Shown piece by piece: positions 1 to 10,927 of a stretch of DNA of 64,000 bases. The position numbers were made by a program, and so were the translations under genes. This stretch comes from Klebsormidium nitens. Its lineage: Eukaryota > Plantae > Klebsormidiophyceae. The stretch lies in NCBI GenBank assembly GCA_000708835.1, contig DF237051.1:62001-126000 (forward strand), written 5' to 3'. The notes below the pieces were generated by a model that did no database searches, was not told the origin of the DNA, and saw nothing but the letters and a program-made list of their open reading frames with translations. Every line of letters begins with the position of its first letter. The first letter of the stretch is position 1.

Positions 1-3000
1 CTTCATGTGGGACGAGAAGGTGCACGGGTTCGTGGAGCCGTTCTGGATCATCGTCGAGGACAACGACGGGGAGAGCATCCTGCACCATGAGTACTTCCTC
101 CTACGCGCAGTAAGCAACGTGCCCGTCTTGTTTGAACTTGCTGGTTTGTGGAGGTTGTGTGCTTACCTTTCTTGTTGTCCCCTTTTACTTCGAAACGAAC
201 CGGTTCTGGACTTTTGTCGAGGATAACGAGGGGGAGAGCATCCTGCACCATGAGCACTTTCTGCTACGGGCTGTCCGCAGCTTTTCGGTATTTTTCCATC
301 ATGTCAAAGTTAAGGGGACGTTCATTTGTTTACCTTTCGAAGTATCTTTTCCTGGATAACAATATAAGTCAAGGTGACATTTTCGAATCGTCGTCGAGGA
401 CAACGACGGGGAGAGCATCCTGCACCACGAGTACTTCCTCCTGCGCGCGGTAAACGAACTTTCCGGCATATTTTTATTCTGCTGAACTGTGAAGATTTGG
501 GGATCGAGAAGTTTGGTCGATGTTTTGGATCATCGTCGAGGACAACGACGCGGAGGGCGTCCTGCACCACACGAGTACTTCCTGCTGCGCGCTGTACGCA
601 ACCCATTATTTTAGTTTCTGACTTCGTGCCATTCCTTTTGAAAGGCTGTGGTCATTGTTCCTGCATGTCGATCATCTCTGCGAGGCACGTCTGCTCTTCC
701 TTGGTCAATTTTACATCAACTGCTGTGGAATCTCCCACATGTCGACCTCCTCGAAGCAATGAAGCAACTTTTGAAGCTGCGCACTCTTCTTGAAAAGGTC
801 CCGAGATCGGGTCTAGTAAACTGCTCTATCGCAAACCTGTAAAACGGCTATCCTTAGCCTCCCCTTGCATCTCTTTACTTCTGTTCGCACTCCAGAACAC
901 ATACTTGGTCCCCTTCGCATTTGCGCCTCTACGTTACTAGACCAGACCCCTTTACTGATTCTTTCTATCTGTCGTTTCTACAGAACGAGATCGAGGAGGA
1001 GCACCAGGTCAGCTTCACGGTGCCCATCTTCGAGCCGCTGCCCCCGCAGTACTTCGTCCGCGTCGTCTCCGACCGCTGGCTCTCGTCCGAGTCCGTTCTG
1101 CCCGTCTCGTTCCGCCACCTCATTCTGCCGGAAAAGTACCCCCCCGCCACGGAACTCCTGGATCTCCAGCCGCTGCCCATTTCGGCGCTGCGGAAACCGG
1201 AGTTCGAGAAGCTGTACGAGGGGCGGTTCAGCCACTTCAACCCCATCCAGACGCAGGTGGGTGTCTTCGTATCTGCAGAGGCTCTGTTGTTGCTATGCAT
1301 CTGGTCAGTTTAACAAGGTGCACTGTTTGAGTGGACGACATTTCAACCCACTTTATTTGATCAGATTGCAGGTCATTGTGTAACAGACTTTAGCTTTGGG
1401 TTCTCAGAGTTGTCCGGTTTTCGCAGGAAGTTGTGAATATTAGAGTGCTATAGGTCCTGAAGTTTGAGAGAGTTGCGGCGTGTCTCACGGTTGACTCAGT
1501 TTCTCAAAGGCTCATCATTGTAAAAGCGTCAGTCTGTATCTGGCCGCGTTCAGTCACTGTTTGCCGTCAGTCCAGCTGAGAACGATGTCACCGAGTTTCC
1601 CTAAGTCTCCCTCTCTCCAACCAGTGGAGTTCAAGGAGGAAATTATGGCTTCGGTCGCCCGACAGGTTTGCTCAGCATACCCATCTGGTTGAGCTCAAGG
1701 AGGAGTTTATGACTTCGGTTGGCCAACAGACTTTCTCGGCATACTCAACCGGTTGAGCTCAAGGAGAGTTTCAGCTTTGGTTGCCCAATAATCTTTCTCA
1801 GCCTACTCAGCCTTTCTATCTGTGCTGCTGCAGGTCTTCACCGTTCTGTACAACACGGACGACAACGTCCTGGTGGCCGCTCCGACCGGCAGCGGGAAGA
1901 CGATCTGCGCCGAGTTTGCGATCCTGAGGATGCTGCAAAAGGCGCCCAACGGGGGGCCTGGCGGAAGGTGGGTTCACATAGCCATGCTCAAACAGATCAC
2001 AGAAAAAACGCTTCGAAGAATCCGGATTTTGAGCCGAACTTGATTTGGACTGGCTTCTTGAATGATTCAACAGGGCGTATCATTAATGTCTGACATTTTT
2101 GTGTACGTGCAATGGTTGAGAAGCAGTCACACTTTCCTTCTGCCCCTTCCTCCTTTTCTCACGGTCAGTTAGTGCTTTGAGAATTTTGGTGACTATTTTT
2201 GAGTACCTCCTCATTCCAGGTATTTCCATCTTTCGGTATTTAAGTCAAACGTGCTTCATCCTGTCTTATGAGTGCTTTTATAAACAGACGAGATCGAAAA
2301 CTTCTAAATCCTCTGCTGATCAGGCTGCGCGAAATCTAGTACCGTTGACTAGCCTTGATGAATTTGGAAGGACACCCAACTCCTGTCCCCCTCCCCGCAG
2401 GTGCGTCTACATCGCCGCCACCGAGGCGATCGTCAAGGAGCGCGCCCGCGACTGGCGGCTCAAGTTCGCCGACGGCCTCGGCGTCCGCGTCGAGGAGCTC
2501 ACCGGCGAGACGCAGGCCGACCTCAAACTCCTCGAGCGCGGCCAAATCATCCTCAGCACGCCGGAGAAGTGGGACGTCCTCTCGCGCCGCTGGAAGCAGC
2601 GCAAGAACGTGCAGACGCTCGCGCTGTTCCTCGCCGACGAGCTGCATCTGATCGGCGGCGAGAAAGGCCCTGTTTTGGAGGTCGTCGTCAGCCGGATGCG
2701 GTACATTTCCAGTCAGCTCGAGGGGAACAAGATCCGGATCGTGGGCCTCTCCAGCTCGCTCGCGAACGCCAAGGACCTCGGCGAGTGGATCGGCGCGAGC
2801 TCGCACGGGCTGTTCAACTTCCCCCCCGGGGTGCGGCCCGTCCCGCTCGACGTCAGGATCCAGGGGTATGACGTTAGCAACTTCGAGGCGCGCATGCAGG
2901 CGATGGCGAAGCCCACGTACGGCGCGGTGGTCAACTTCGCGGTCCGAGCGGGCAAGCCGGCGCTCGTCTTCGTCCCGACGCGGCGCCACGCGCGGCTGAC

Positions 3001-6000
3001 GGCGCTCGATCTAATTACGTTCTCGCGGGCGGAGGGCCGGGACCAGGGGTTAGCGCCGGCCGGATTAGACCTAACCACGAACGAGGCGTTCAAGAGCCTG
3101 CAGGAACGGATCCGGGAAGACGCGCTGAAGAAGGCGGTGGCGTATGGCGTGGCGTATCTGCACGAGGGGACGAGCGAGAGCGACCGGGACGTCGTCGAAC
3201 AGCTGTACTCGTCGGGGGTGGTTAGCGTCGTGGTTTGCGCGGCTGGTTTGTGCTGGGGGTTAGCGCTCGCGGCGCACCTGGTCGTGATCATGGGCACGCA
3301 GTACTACGACGGGCGCGCGAGCGGGCGCGCGGACTACCCGATCTCGGACGTCCTGCAGATGATGGGCCGCGCGAGCCGTCCGAACGAGGACGAGATGGGG
3401 CGGTGCGTGATCCTGTGCCACGCGCCGCGCAAGGAGTACTACAAGAAGTTCCTGTACGACGCGTTCCCGGTGGAGTCGCACCTGGACCACTTCCTGCACG
3501 ACCACCTGAACGCGGAGGTCGTCGTGAAGACCGTCGAGAACAAGCAGGACGCCGTCGATTGGCTGACGTGGACGTTTATGTACCGTCGGTTGCTCCAAAA
3601 CCCGAACTACTACGGGCTCCAGGGGGTGGAGCACCGCCACCTGTCAGAACACCTGTCGGACCTGATCGAGAACACGGTGTCCGATCTCGAGAAGTCGCGC
3701 TGCATCGCGGTCGAGGACGACATGGATCTCTCCCCGCTCAACCTCGGCATGATCGCCGCTTATTACTACATCTCCTACACGACGATCGAGCTCTTCAGCT
3801 CGTCGCTCACAGCCAAGACCAAGCTCAAGGGGTTGCTGGAGATCGTCGCGGCCGCGAGCGAGTACTCGGGGCTGCCGATCCGGCCGGGAGAGGAGGAGAC
3901 GGTTAGGCGGCTGCTTAACCACGCGCGGTTTACGGTGGAGAAGGCCAAGTACGACGACCCGCACACCAAGGCGCACGCGCTGCTGCAGGCGCACCTGGGG
4001 CGGCAGACCGTGCCAGCCGGCGTTGCAGGTGGGTTATCTTAACCTTTTTTGGATAACTCGATCATCGTGATTCTGTATTTTACGGAAGGTGCGGTTTGCG
4101 TGCTACTGCAAGCGCACCTCAGGCGGCAGACCGTGTCGGCCAGCGTCGCAGGTGGGCTACTCATACTTTTGCCGCTTAGCTTGATGTTCCTGGTCGTAAT
4201 ATTGCGGTTGCTTACCCCTTCTGTGCGTATCACAGGCGACAGACACTGCCGGCCTAGCAAGTGAAAAGCTATACTTTCTGCACTTTGTTTAGCATTTGCT
4301 GTTTGATCGGGTGCCCACGAACCATGGTATTTGTGGGAAATCACTTTAACTGGTCTTCCCCTTGTCAGGCAAATTGGGTCCACCTTCTTTTGGGATTGCA
4401 GGAATCGAGATAGCTTGACTCTCCCTCCTCCTTTATTCCTTGGAGCTGTCTGTTTGGTTCTCGCTCGCCTTCCCGTGTCAGGCTGACTGCTACTGAGTCA
4501 GCTTAACCCTCGCTCTTATCGGGTCAGGCTTACTTTCGAGTGCGTCGAACAGGGCGTATTCGACTGTTAAAATAGTGATTGGAAGTTTAGCGTCAAAGAG
4601 GTTTTGTGGTCGGTTTGGTTCACGAATCGGGTTGGCGTAACCTCCCTCGTTCTTCTCGTGCAGGCGACCTGAAGGCCGTGCTGTTGGACGTGTCCCGCTT
4701 GATCCAGGCCATGGTTGACGTCATCTCCTCCAGCGGGTGGCTCAACCCTGCGCTTGCGGCCATGGAGCTTTCGCAAATGGTGACGCAGGGGCTGTGGGAG
4801 CGGGACAGCCCGCTGCTGCAGGTGCGTGCAAACTACGCTCCAGTTGCTTTTGCCTTGCTTTTTGTGAAAAGTTCATAACGGGCGTTCTGCAACTGGGTGC
4901 TTTGGCACGCTTTGGCTATCCTGGTGGTCGCAACTGAGCTGCAACCATTATGAGTGTAGTTTTAGGGGCATGCCCCGAAGTTTAGCTTGCTCTGATCTTG
5001 GTTTTACGGTTTTCTTGCATGTAGCAGCAAAGAGACCTGCCTTACATCAATTTTCTCTGTCTCAGCACGATCAGGTGCTGAAACGGAATCAATGCTAAGC
5101 ACTGCTCGATTTCACGGAGGACCTTCCAAAATCTGATACAACGCACGTCCAACTTCTGAGCTTCACGGTGATCCTCCCTGCAGTTGCCTCACTTCACCAA
5201 GGAGCTCGCCGAGAAGGCCCAGGCCGCGGGCGTGGAGACCATCTTCGACCTGGTCGAGATGGAGGACGACGCACGCGAGGCGCTGCTGCAGTTCAGCGAG
5301 AGCCAGCTTGCTGACGTGGCGCGCGTCTGCAACCGCTACCCGAACGTGGACCTGTCGTACGAGGTCGTGGACGCGGACGAGGTGACGGCGGGCGAGGCGG
5401 TCACCGTGCAGGTAATGACGTCACCCTCGCTGTGTGCTGATGTCATTGTGCGCTCTTGCGGTGGGCTGGCTGGGCGGGCTGACTGTTGGGCAGCTCTTGG
5501 ACGCTGTATCTCGACGCTCTGAGCAGACTTTTGACTGAACTGAATGGCTGCTTTGTGTTGCTAGGATTGATATGTGCGTTCAGGTCCTGAGTATGGTTCG
5601 TGCCACTTCTCATCATTTGTTGGAGTGCTTGGAGAAGGATCTGCTGTCTGCGGTTTGGGAAGGATTGTCCTGCGAATATGGAGGGTAACCTTGCTTGTAA
5701 CGAAGGACTTCTGGTCGCTGCTTCTCTGCATACAGGTCCTGACTGGAGCAAGGGCCTTCAAACTCTGTTTTGTTGTTTGTCCTTTGACTGGGAACTTAGC
5801 CTGGACACTTTTCTGCTTTGCAGGTGTCGCTGGAGAGAGAGTTGGAGCCCGGCCAAGAGGTGGGCCCGGTGGATGCGCCCCGGTTCCCCAAGGCCAAGGA
5901 GGAAGGCTGGTGGCTAGTGGTCGGGGATCCGAAGAGCAACACCCTGCTGGCGATCAAACGGGTCAACTTGAACAAACGGCAAGCGAGCGTGAAGCTCGAT

Positions 6001-6168
6001 TTTACGGCCCCGAGCGAGGCCGGCAAGAAGACCTACACTTTGTACTTTATGTGTGACTCGTACTTGGGATGCGATCAGGAGTACGAGTTTGAGCTGGACG
6101 TGAAGCCGGAGGGGGAGGAGAGTGACGAGGATGGCCAGGCGAATGGCAACGCGATGGATGAGGATTAG
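1..6168 (+). CDS. BRR2: U5 snRNP 200 kDa DExH-box helicase BRR2 (SNRNP200), 3' part; gene starts upstream of the window
   Basis: Exons joined at GT-AG sites with consistent phase: <1-109, 984-1256, 1834-1967, 2401-4028, 4664-4821, 5184-5411, 5824-6168. Reads ...HHEYFLLRA|[24 protein letters not shown]...FNPIQTQ|[29 protein letters not shown] (second helicase cassette Walker A), [21 protein letters not shown], Sec63 region, and the C-terminal [14 protein letters not shown]. Confidence 0.97.
198..596 (+). repeat. Three degenerate copies of the 3' end of a BRR2 exon (plus donor) inside the following intron
   Basis: Copies at about 201-273, 387-452 and 524-596 of ATCGTCGAGGACAACGACGGGGAGAGCATCCTGCACCAYGAGTACTTCCTCCTRCGCGCR|GT. 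The copy at 524 has a 2-nt frameshift. Confidence 0.93.
1621..1790 (+). repeat. Degenerate intronic tandem repeat, 3 units of about 65 bp
   Basis: GTGGAGTTCAAGGAGGAAATTATGGCTTCGGTCGCCCGACAG / GTTGAGCTCAAGGAGGAGTTTATGACTTCGGTTGGCCAACAG / GTTGAGCTCAAGGAGAGTTTCAGCTTTGGTTGCCCAA. Confidence 0.8.
4098..4160 (+). repeat. Echo of BRR2 exon 3' end plus donor
   Basis: GCGTGCTACTGCAAGCGCACCTCAGGCGGCAGACCGTGTCGGCCAGCGTCGCAG|GTGGGCTA versus exon end GCGCTGCTGCAGGCGCACCTGGGGCGGCAGACCGTGCCAGCCGGCGTTGCAG|GTGGGTTA (to about 4036). Confidence 0.92.
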
Positions 6169-7702
6169 CCTGTCTTGAAGTAAAGTTGTAAAGAGCAGGA
6201 ACGTGACTTGCTTTCGGAGTATGCTCATTATTGGTTCGAAGAGCATATCGGCCTGAAAGATTAGAAGACAAGGTCCTGCCATTGTATATCCAAGCTGCAC
6301 AGCTGCTATGCTTCGTTGATTTGTTTCTCCGAAGTTGCGGTGTGCAGATCAGCTATACGCACTTGCCAATGTCGGACCAGTGTCTTGATGCGCAGTCTAC
6401 GAGTTGTGCTTCTCATACATGTATCGTATATGTCTAGAACCCCAGTCGAGGAGTCGTAAGTTGTGCATTCGGAGTCGCTCGGCCAATAGTTCGACGTCCG
6501 ATCAACTTGGGCTCTACCAGATTGCGACTCGCATGGCTACAAGCCTTGACCGGGCAGCTCGATATCATGGCCGATCCGCTCTGCTTTGTTTAGCGCACTG
6601 ATCGAGCTGGCGGTAGGGGCAGCATGCACATTGTTTTGGACATCCGACTTAAACGACAGTCTCATATGTCAAGTTAAGTAATGCTAAATGGTATGTGTGC
6701 TGTCGTTTGAAGGAAACGATCGAAGTACTGTGGGCGGCCCCATGTGCGTAATAATTATTGCAGCTGCACCGTCGCCATTCGAATGCGCTCAGTAGCTAGC
6801 AAGGCGCGGAATCAGCTAATGCTTTTTGCCGCCATCATTGCAAAGTTCGTTACGCGCCCGGACGGTCCGATAATGACTTTTTACTGGCCAGGGGTTGAAT
6901 AATAAAATATGCGTATGCGATATGGCCGCGCCGGCGGGACATGCAGGCTCACATACGAGCGTGTGCGTGTGCATATCGTAGTATCATGTACCTTTCAATA
7001 TACCTTTCAATCTTGTAGCCTGGTGTCCTGGTGGCAAGCGCGCCCGTCTATGCCATGATGATAGCACGTCATGACGACCGCTGTCACTATCAGTACACGA
7101 GCAATAGCGGCGGCGGCTGATACTCTTTTTGACGACCATTGCAACATCACTCGACTACAACCATATCTAACCTTGAGAAGCATAAACTGTGAATTAGTAC
7201 TTATATTTGTGTTCAGAACTTGCATATATACATACTAATTATGCTAGCGGATCTACGTGTCATGATCAATGAACTTACATTCAATTACTGTACTACATCA
7301 GGCTGAGGCCGATGACCTGTCTGATCAACACGGAATCCTTCTTAACTTCCACTAACTCACAACCTGGCATTTCTGTCATCTGCTACGTGGCTCCTACCGT
7401 CTATTCAGGCTCCTACTTCAAACACCTACTAGGCTTTCTATCATCATTGCAACTTGCATGATTGCTGTGCTGCTCACCTTCCAAACCAGTCACGTTTAAA
7501 CGTTGACGCCTCGGCGTGCATCTATCCTCAGATCCGCGCATAGATACGGCGCACGACGTCCAATCGCGCATCTGGCCCTATTTGGCCCTCAGTGGAAGTC
7601 CGTGAAGGGCGTCACTCCCGCCACGTGTAATTGTAACTGTAACATGCACCTGTTTACTCCTACCTCATGTTCGCTTAGGCGCCGCGCCGCCTCGCTATCG
7701 TC

Positions 7703-9097
7703 TCACACTCGCACAAACCCGACACTCAGCTGGTGCGGAGTGCAACCGCTCCGAATCATTTCCGCCAGTGACGCCTGGATTGACCACGGTTCCTTCGGAT
7801 TGTCGGTGAATACCACAAGATTGAGGGGCTTCAGCCCCCGGTCGTAGCACAACGCCGACATATATGCGTCCAAAAAGTACTGCATGGGTTTCGTTAGACA
7901 CGGTTCCCCCGGTGGCTCCACCCGAGAAAAAAGCTCCACGATCTGCTCGCCGCATTGGACCCCAGTAACGTTTACCCCGCTGTTCATAAAGTGGATGTCG
8001 ACGCCTTTGGGGTCAAACTCTGCCACGAGGGGCGCAACCTGCGCGAGCAGGCGGCGCATCCGCCCCCAGCGGATTTCGCTGTCTGCGGGGTCGACCGTCC
8101 AGCCGGAGTGCCCGGACCGCTCCATCGAAAACCTGTCGTCGACCAGAAACACCGTCTTCACCTGCTGCAAGGATCCGACGGCCGCGTCGCTTAGCGCCCC
8201 GGTCGCCGACACCGAGCGAACGGAATCGTAAACCCACTCGCTGTCATTGGACCGGTGGTCGAGCCCGTCGAGCTCGGGCATCTGCATCCGGTCCTCATGG
8301 GCGAAGAAGCGCACCAGATAGCGCTCCCGGCACAGCGACTCGTACACTTGCCGCCGCACCGGTTTCAGCGAGGCCTCCCACGCGCATCTCGCCTGCGGGT
8401 TGTCCGCCAAAAGCCGCCCTGACAACCGCTCCAATTTGTGCATCACATGCTTATACTCAGCGACCGGCCGGCGTTCCCGAGTGCTGGGGGGAGTGCCGGG
8501 GCACTCGGAGGAGTTGGGTTCCGCCCTCCGATACTTTGCGTCAATGCTGCAATACTCAGATTGGACGTACGTTTCAAGCACCGCGGTGTAGCTGCGCGCG
8601 TCTCCCCGGCAGTTGCGAAGCTGCTTTAGCGCCTCCCTTCGGGTCCTGATTGGCGCCGCCCATGGGAAGGACCGGCTAATCGCGCTGCCCTCTGTAACGG
8701 GAGCACCAAACGCCCGAGGCGCTGAAGGGTACGGAGCGACCAGGGCAAGGGACAGGGGCCAAGGAGTTGCGGCGGCGGGCAGTTTGTCCGCGCCCCCAAG
8801 CCGCGTCACCGCTTCTCGAAACTCCTGGATCCTTTTCTGCACTGGGATGCAGGGGGTGAGGTTCTTGCTCCCGAGCCGCGTGTTGGTGACCGGGTTAGTG
8901 TCCCGGATCTGGAACCATTTGGCGATTGCGGTGCGCTCAAAGACGTGGCCCTCTTGTCCGACGGAGACGGGGTCGGTCATCAGGGTTTGGGTTATGGGGC
9001 AAACCAGGTCTTCGGGGAAGTCGAGGTCGTTGGGAGACAAGGCGACGAAGCGTGCGGCCAGCAGCTCAACCTCGCTGACGGGGGCGGTAAGCGACAT
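7703..9097 (-). CDS. Intronless U-box + von Willebrand A domain protein (putative E3 ligase); possibly truncated or a pseudogene
   Basis: N-terminal U-box: FPEDLVCPITQTLMTDPV...GHVFERTAIAKWF...TNPVTNTRL...L.PC..VQKRI. C-terminal vWA-like: TVFLVDDRFSM...RW...VAEFDPKGVDIHFMN...KPLNLVVFTD. The frame continues past the TGA as DDSEAARRLSEHE. Confidence 0.8.
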   Translation of the reverse strand: MSLTAPVSEVELLAARFVALSPNDLDFPEDLVCPITQTLMTDPVSVGQEGHVFERTAIAKWFQIRDTNPVTNTRLGSKNLTPCIPVQKRIQEFREAVTRLGGADKLPAAATPWPLSLALVAPYPSAPRAFGAPVTEGSAISRSFPWAAPIRTRREALKQLRNCRGDARSYTAVLETYVQSEYCSIDAKYRRAEPNSSECPGTPPSTRERRPVAEYKHVMHKLERLSGRLLADNPQARCAWEASLKPVRRQVYESLCRERYLVRFFAHEDRMQMPELDGLDHRSNDSEWVYDSVRSVSATGALSDAAVGSLQQVKTVFLVDDRFSMERSGHSGWTVDPADSEIRWGRMRRLLAQVAPLVAEFDPKGVDIHFMNSGVNVTGVQCGEQIVELFSRVEPPGEPCLTKPMQYFLDAYMSALCYDRGLKPLNLVVFTDNPKEPWSIQASLAEMIRSGCTPHQLSVGFVRV

Positions 9098-10728
9098 GGT
9101 TTAGGACAACCCTGCATTGGTAACCGGAAATCAGTATTGGAGAATTGGAGGATGAGTCCACGACCTGTCCATGCTTGCAAAGTCCAGCAGTTTCTTGCCA
9201 CGACGGAATGGGTAGCACAATCCATCGTGGTCAACAGTTTATGAACTTGAACGTTCAGCTCCCATGGGATCACGCTGGAACGTACGCCATCTCTTTTGGT
9301 GTCCAAGAAAATTGGTTTGGCAGAGGTTGAGTGACGGACAACGCGAACGTGGTGAAATCAGTGTCCGCCAATGAGGAGATTGCACTTACATATTGCCTGA
9401 GTATCACACTCCCATCAGAACAAGTTTTGGTTTTTGAGAGTCTCTGTCCAAAAGCAGAAGCTCAAGAGCATCAAACAGATATATCAGAAAGGTGCAGCAG
9501 ACAATAACGAAACGAACTCGGTTCGGCTCAACAACAGAAATGTCCACAAAAAGTTCCCTCCTCCTTTGGAAAGGCCGTACCCCGGCTCCCCGTGCTTGTA
9601 CTCCGTTGATATAGTCACATAATTCCGAAAACATCGAAGTTCAGATTTGCCTTTCAAAGTCGCCCCAGTCTCTGGCACACGCACTCTGCCCTTGGCCTGG
9701 CAGGATCCTTCCGAGGATTTTAAGAGTTCCAGAAAAGCAAACGCCGTGTGGCAAGTACTTCAGCTTTCTCACAGGCTCTACTGAGAGAGTTCGGAGTCCC
9801 ACCTGAGCGGCAGTGCTTCTGTAAGGAATCCAACCCCAGTGCCTTTCTAAGCACTTTCCCTGTGAACCCCTTCAATTCCTTTCCCAAGACCAGCAATAAC
9901 TTTGGGATATACACCCCGCCAACACCTGGAATGTAGCAGAGTTGCAAGTTGACACCTTTGGTCCTATATGCTTCGGATTCAGCTGCAGGGTATATGCCCC
10001 GGGTTCAGCTGCAGGGAGAGTTCCATAAGGGGCACAGGTTGAGAGGGATCATCCGTCAAGTCCCTGAATCAAGCGCTTCCGTACTATGCACCGCAGAGAC
10101 ATGCTGCCAGATCGAAGTGGGCATTGTTCTCATCTTCTGCCGCACTCCAGAATTCAACCAGTAAGTGCACCAATCATAGGTGCTGGGTGCACCCGGCCCG
10201 CAATTAGCTGACTAGCCCACCAATCAGCTGACCAACTTGAGCAAACGCATGCTGTGAGGATGTTGACATGCTGAGGACTTGATACAAGTAGACTGTATCT
10301 GTAACAAGCCTACCACCAGCAAGAAGCTGAGCACCCTAGTTGATGTAATGTCTCACCTTTGATCACGTAGAACCCATCTCTCTGTACACGGAAGGCGTCT
10401 GCTGCCAGGTCTTTGGACACGGGGTCCACGTGCAGGCTTCTCTATATTTACGCCTGTTCCAGCATTGAAACCCTGCCTGAGCTGAAGGCTGAAGGCTGTG
10501 AGCTGAAGAGCGACAATCCCAAGCTGATGGTTTTTAGACATCATCCAGCGCCAAATCTTGGTGCCCTCTCCGCGGTGGCTTTTGCCATTCAAAAATCTGA
10601 AATTCAATGATTCATAATTTCATTGGGCAGCTGTCGTTTGGGAGGGATCATCGTCCTTGCAAGGGATCATGTCAGATTGAAATGCATAGCTAGGATGACT
10701 CATGCACACGGTGCTTTGAAAAGCTCTA

Positions 10729-10747
10729 GGGCCTATGCACACCTGAG
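10729..10747 (+). repeat. Left terminal inverted repeat of the Harbinger element
   Basis: GGGCCTATGCACACCTGAG. A subterminal partial copy CTATGCACACTAGACGGGGTCTCG lies at about 10820-10843. Confidence 0.93.
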
Positions 10748-10927
10748 GGGGGATGTCGGGGTTTCCCAGCCAAATTGGAGATCCGGGTCTCGAAACCGAC
10801 ATCCGGCACCCCGTTCGGGCTATGCACACTAGACGGGGTCTCGCTGACGTGTACGAGACCCGGGTTCTCAAAATTTGTCGAAATCCGAGACCCGGCCCTT
10901 CGGCCGGATCTCGGGATGTCGCATTTA

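Noticed and set aside
2336-3994. Long overlapping and antisense ORFs over GC-rich exons (for example 2336-2989 -, 3235-3906 +; similar ones over FAM227, YTH and IFT172)
   Set aside because: Shadow frames expected from GC3-rich coding sequence; no recognisable motifs.
9404-10170. Patchy minus-strand ORFs upstream of the U-box gene
   Set aside because: Multiple stops and no recognisable domain. May be a decayed gene or transposon, but cannot be called.
10413-10610. RLLYIYACSSIETLPEL resembles a single NLR-type LRR unit
   Set aside because: One isolated motif with no repeats or NB-ARC nearby; plausible by chance.
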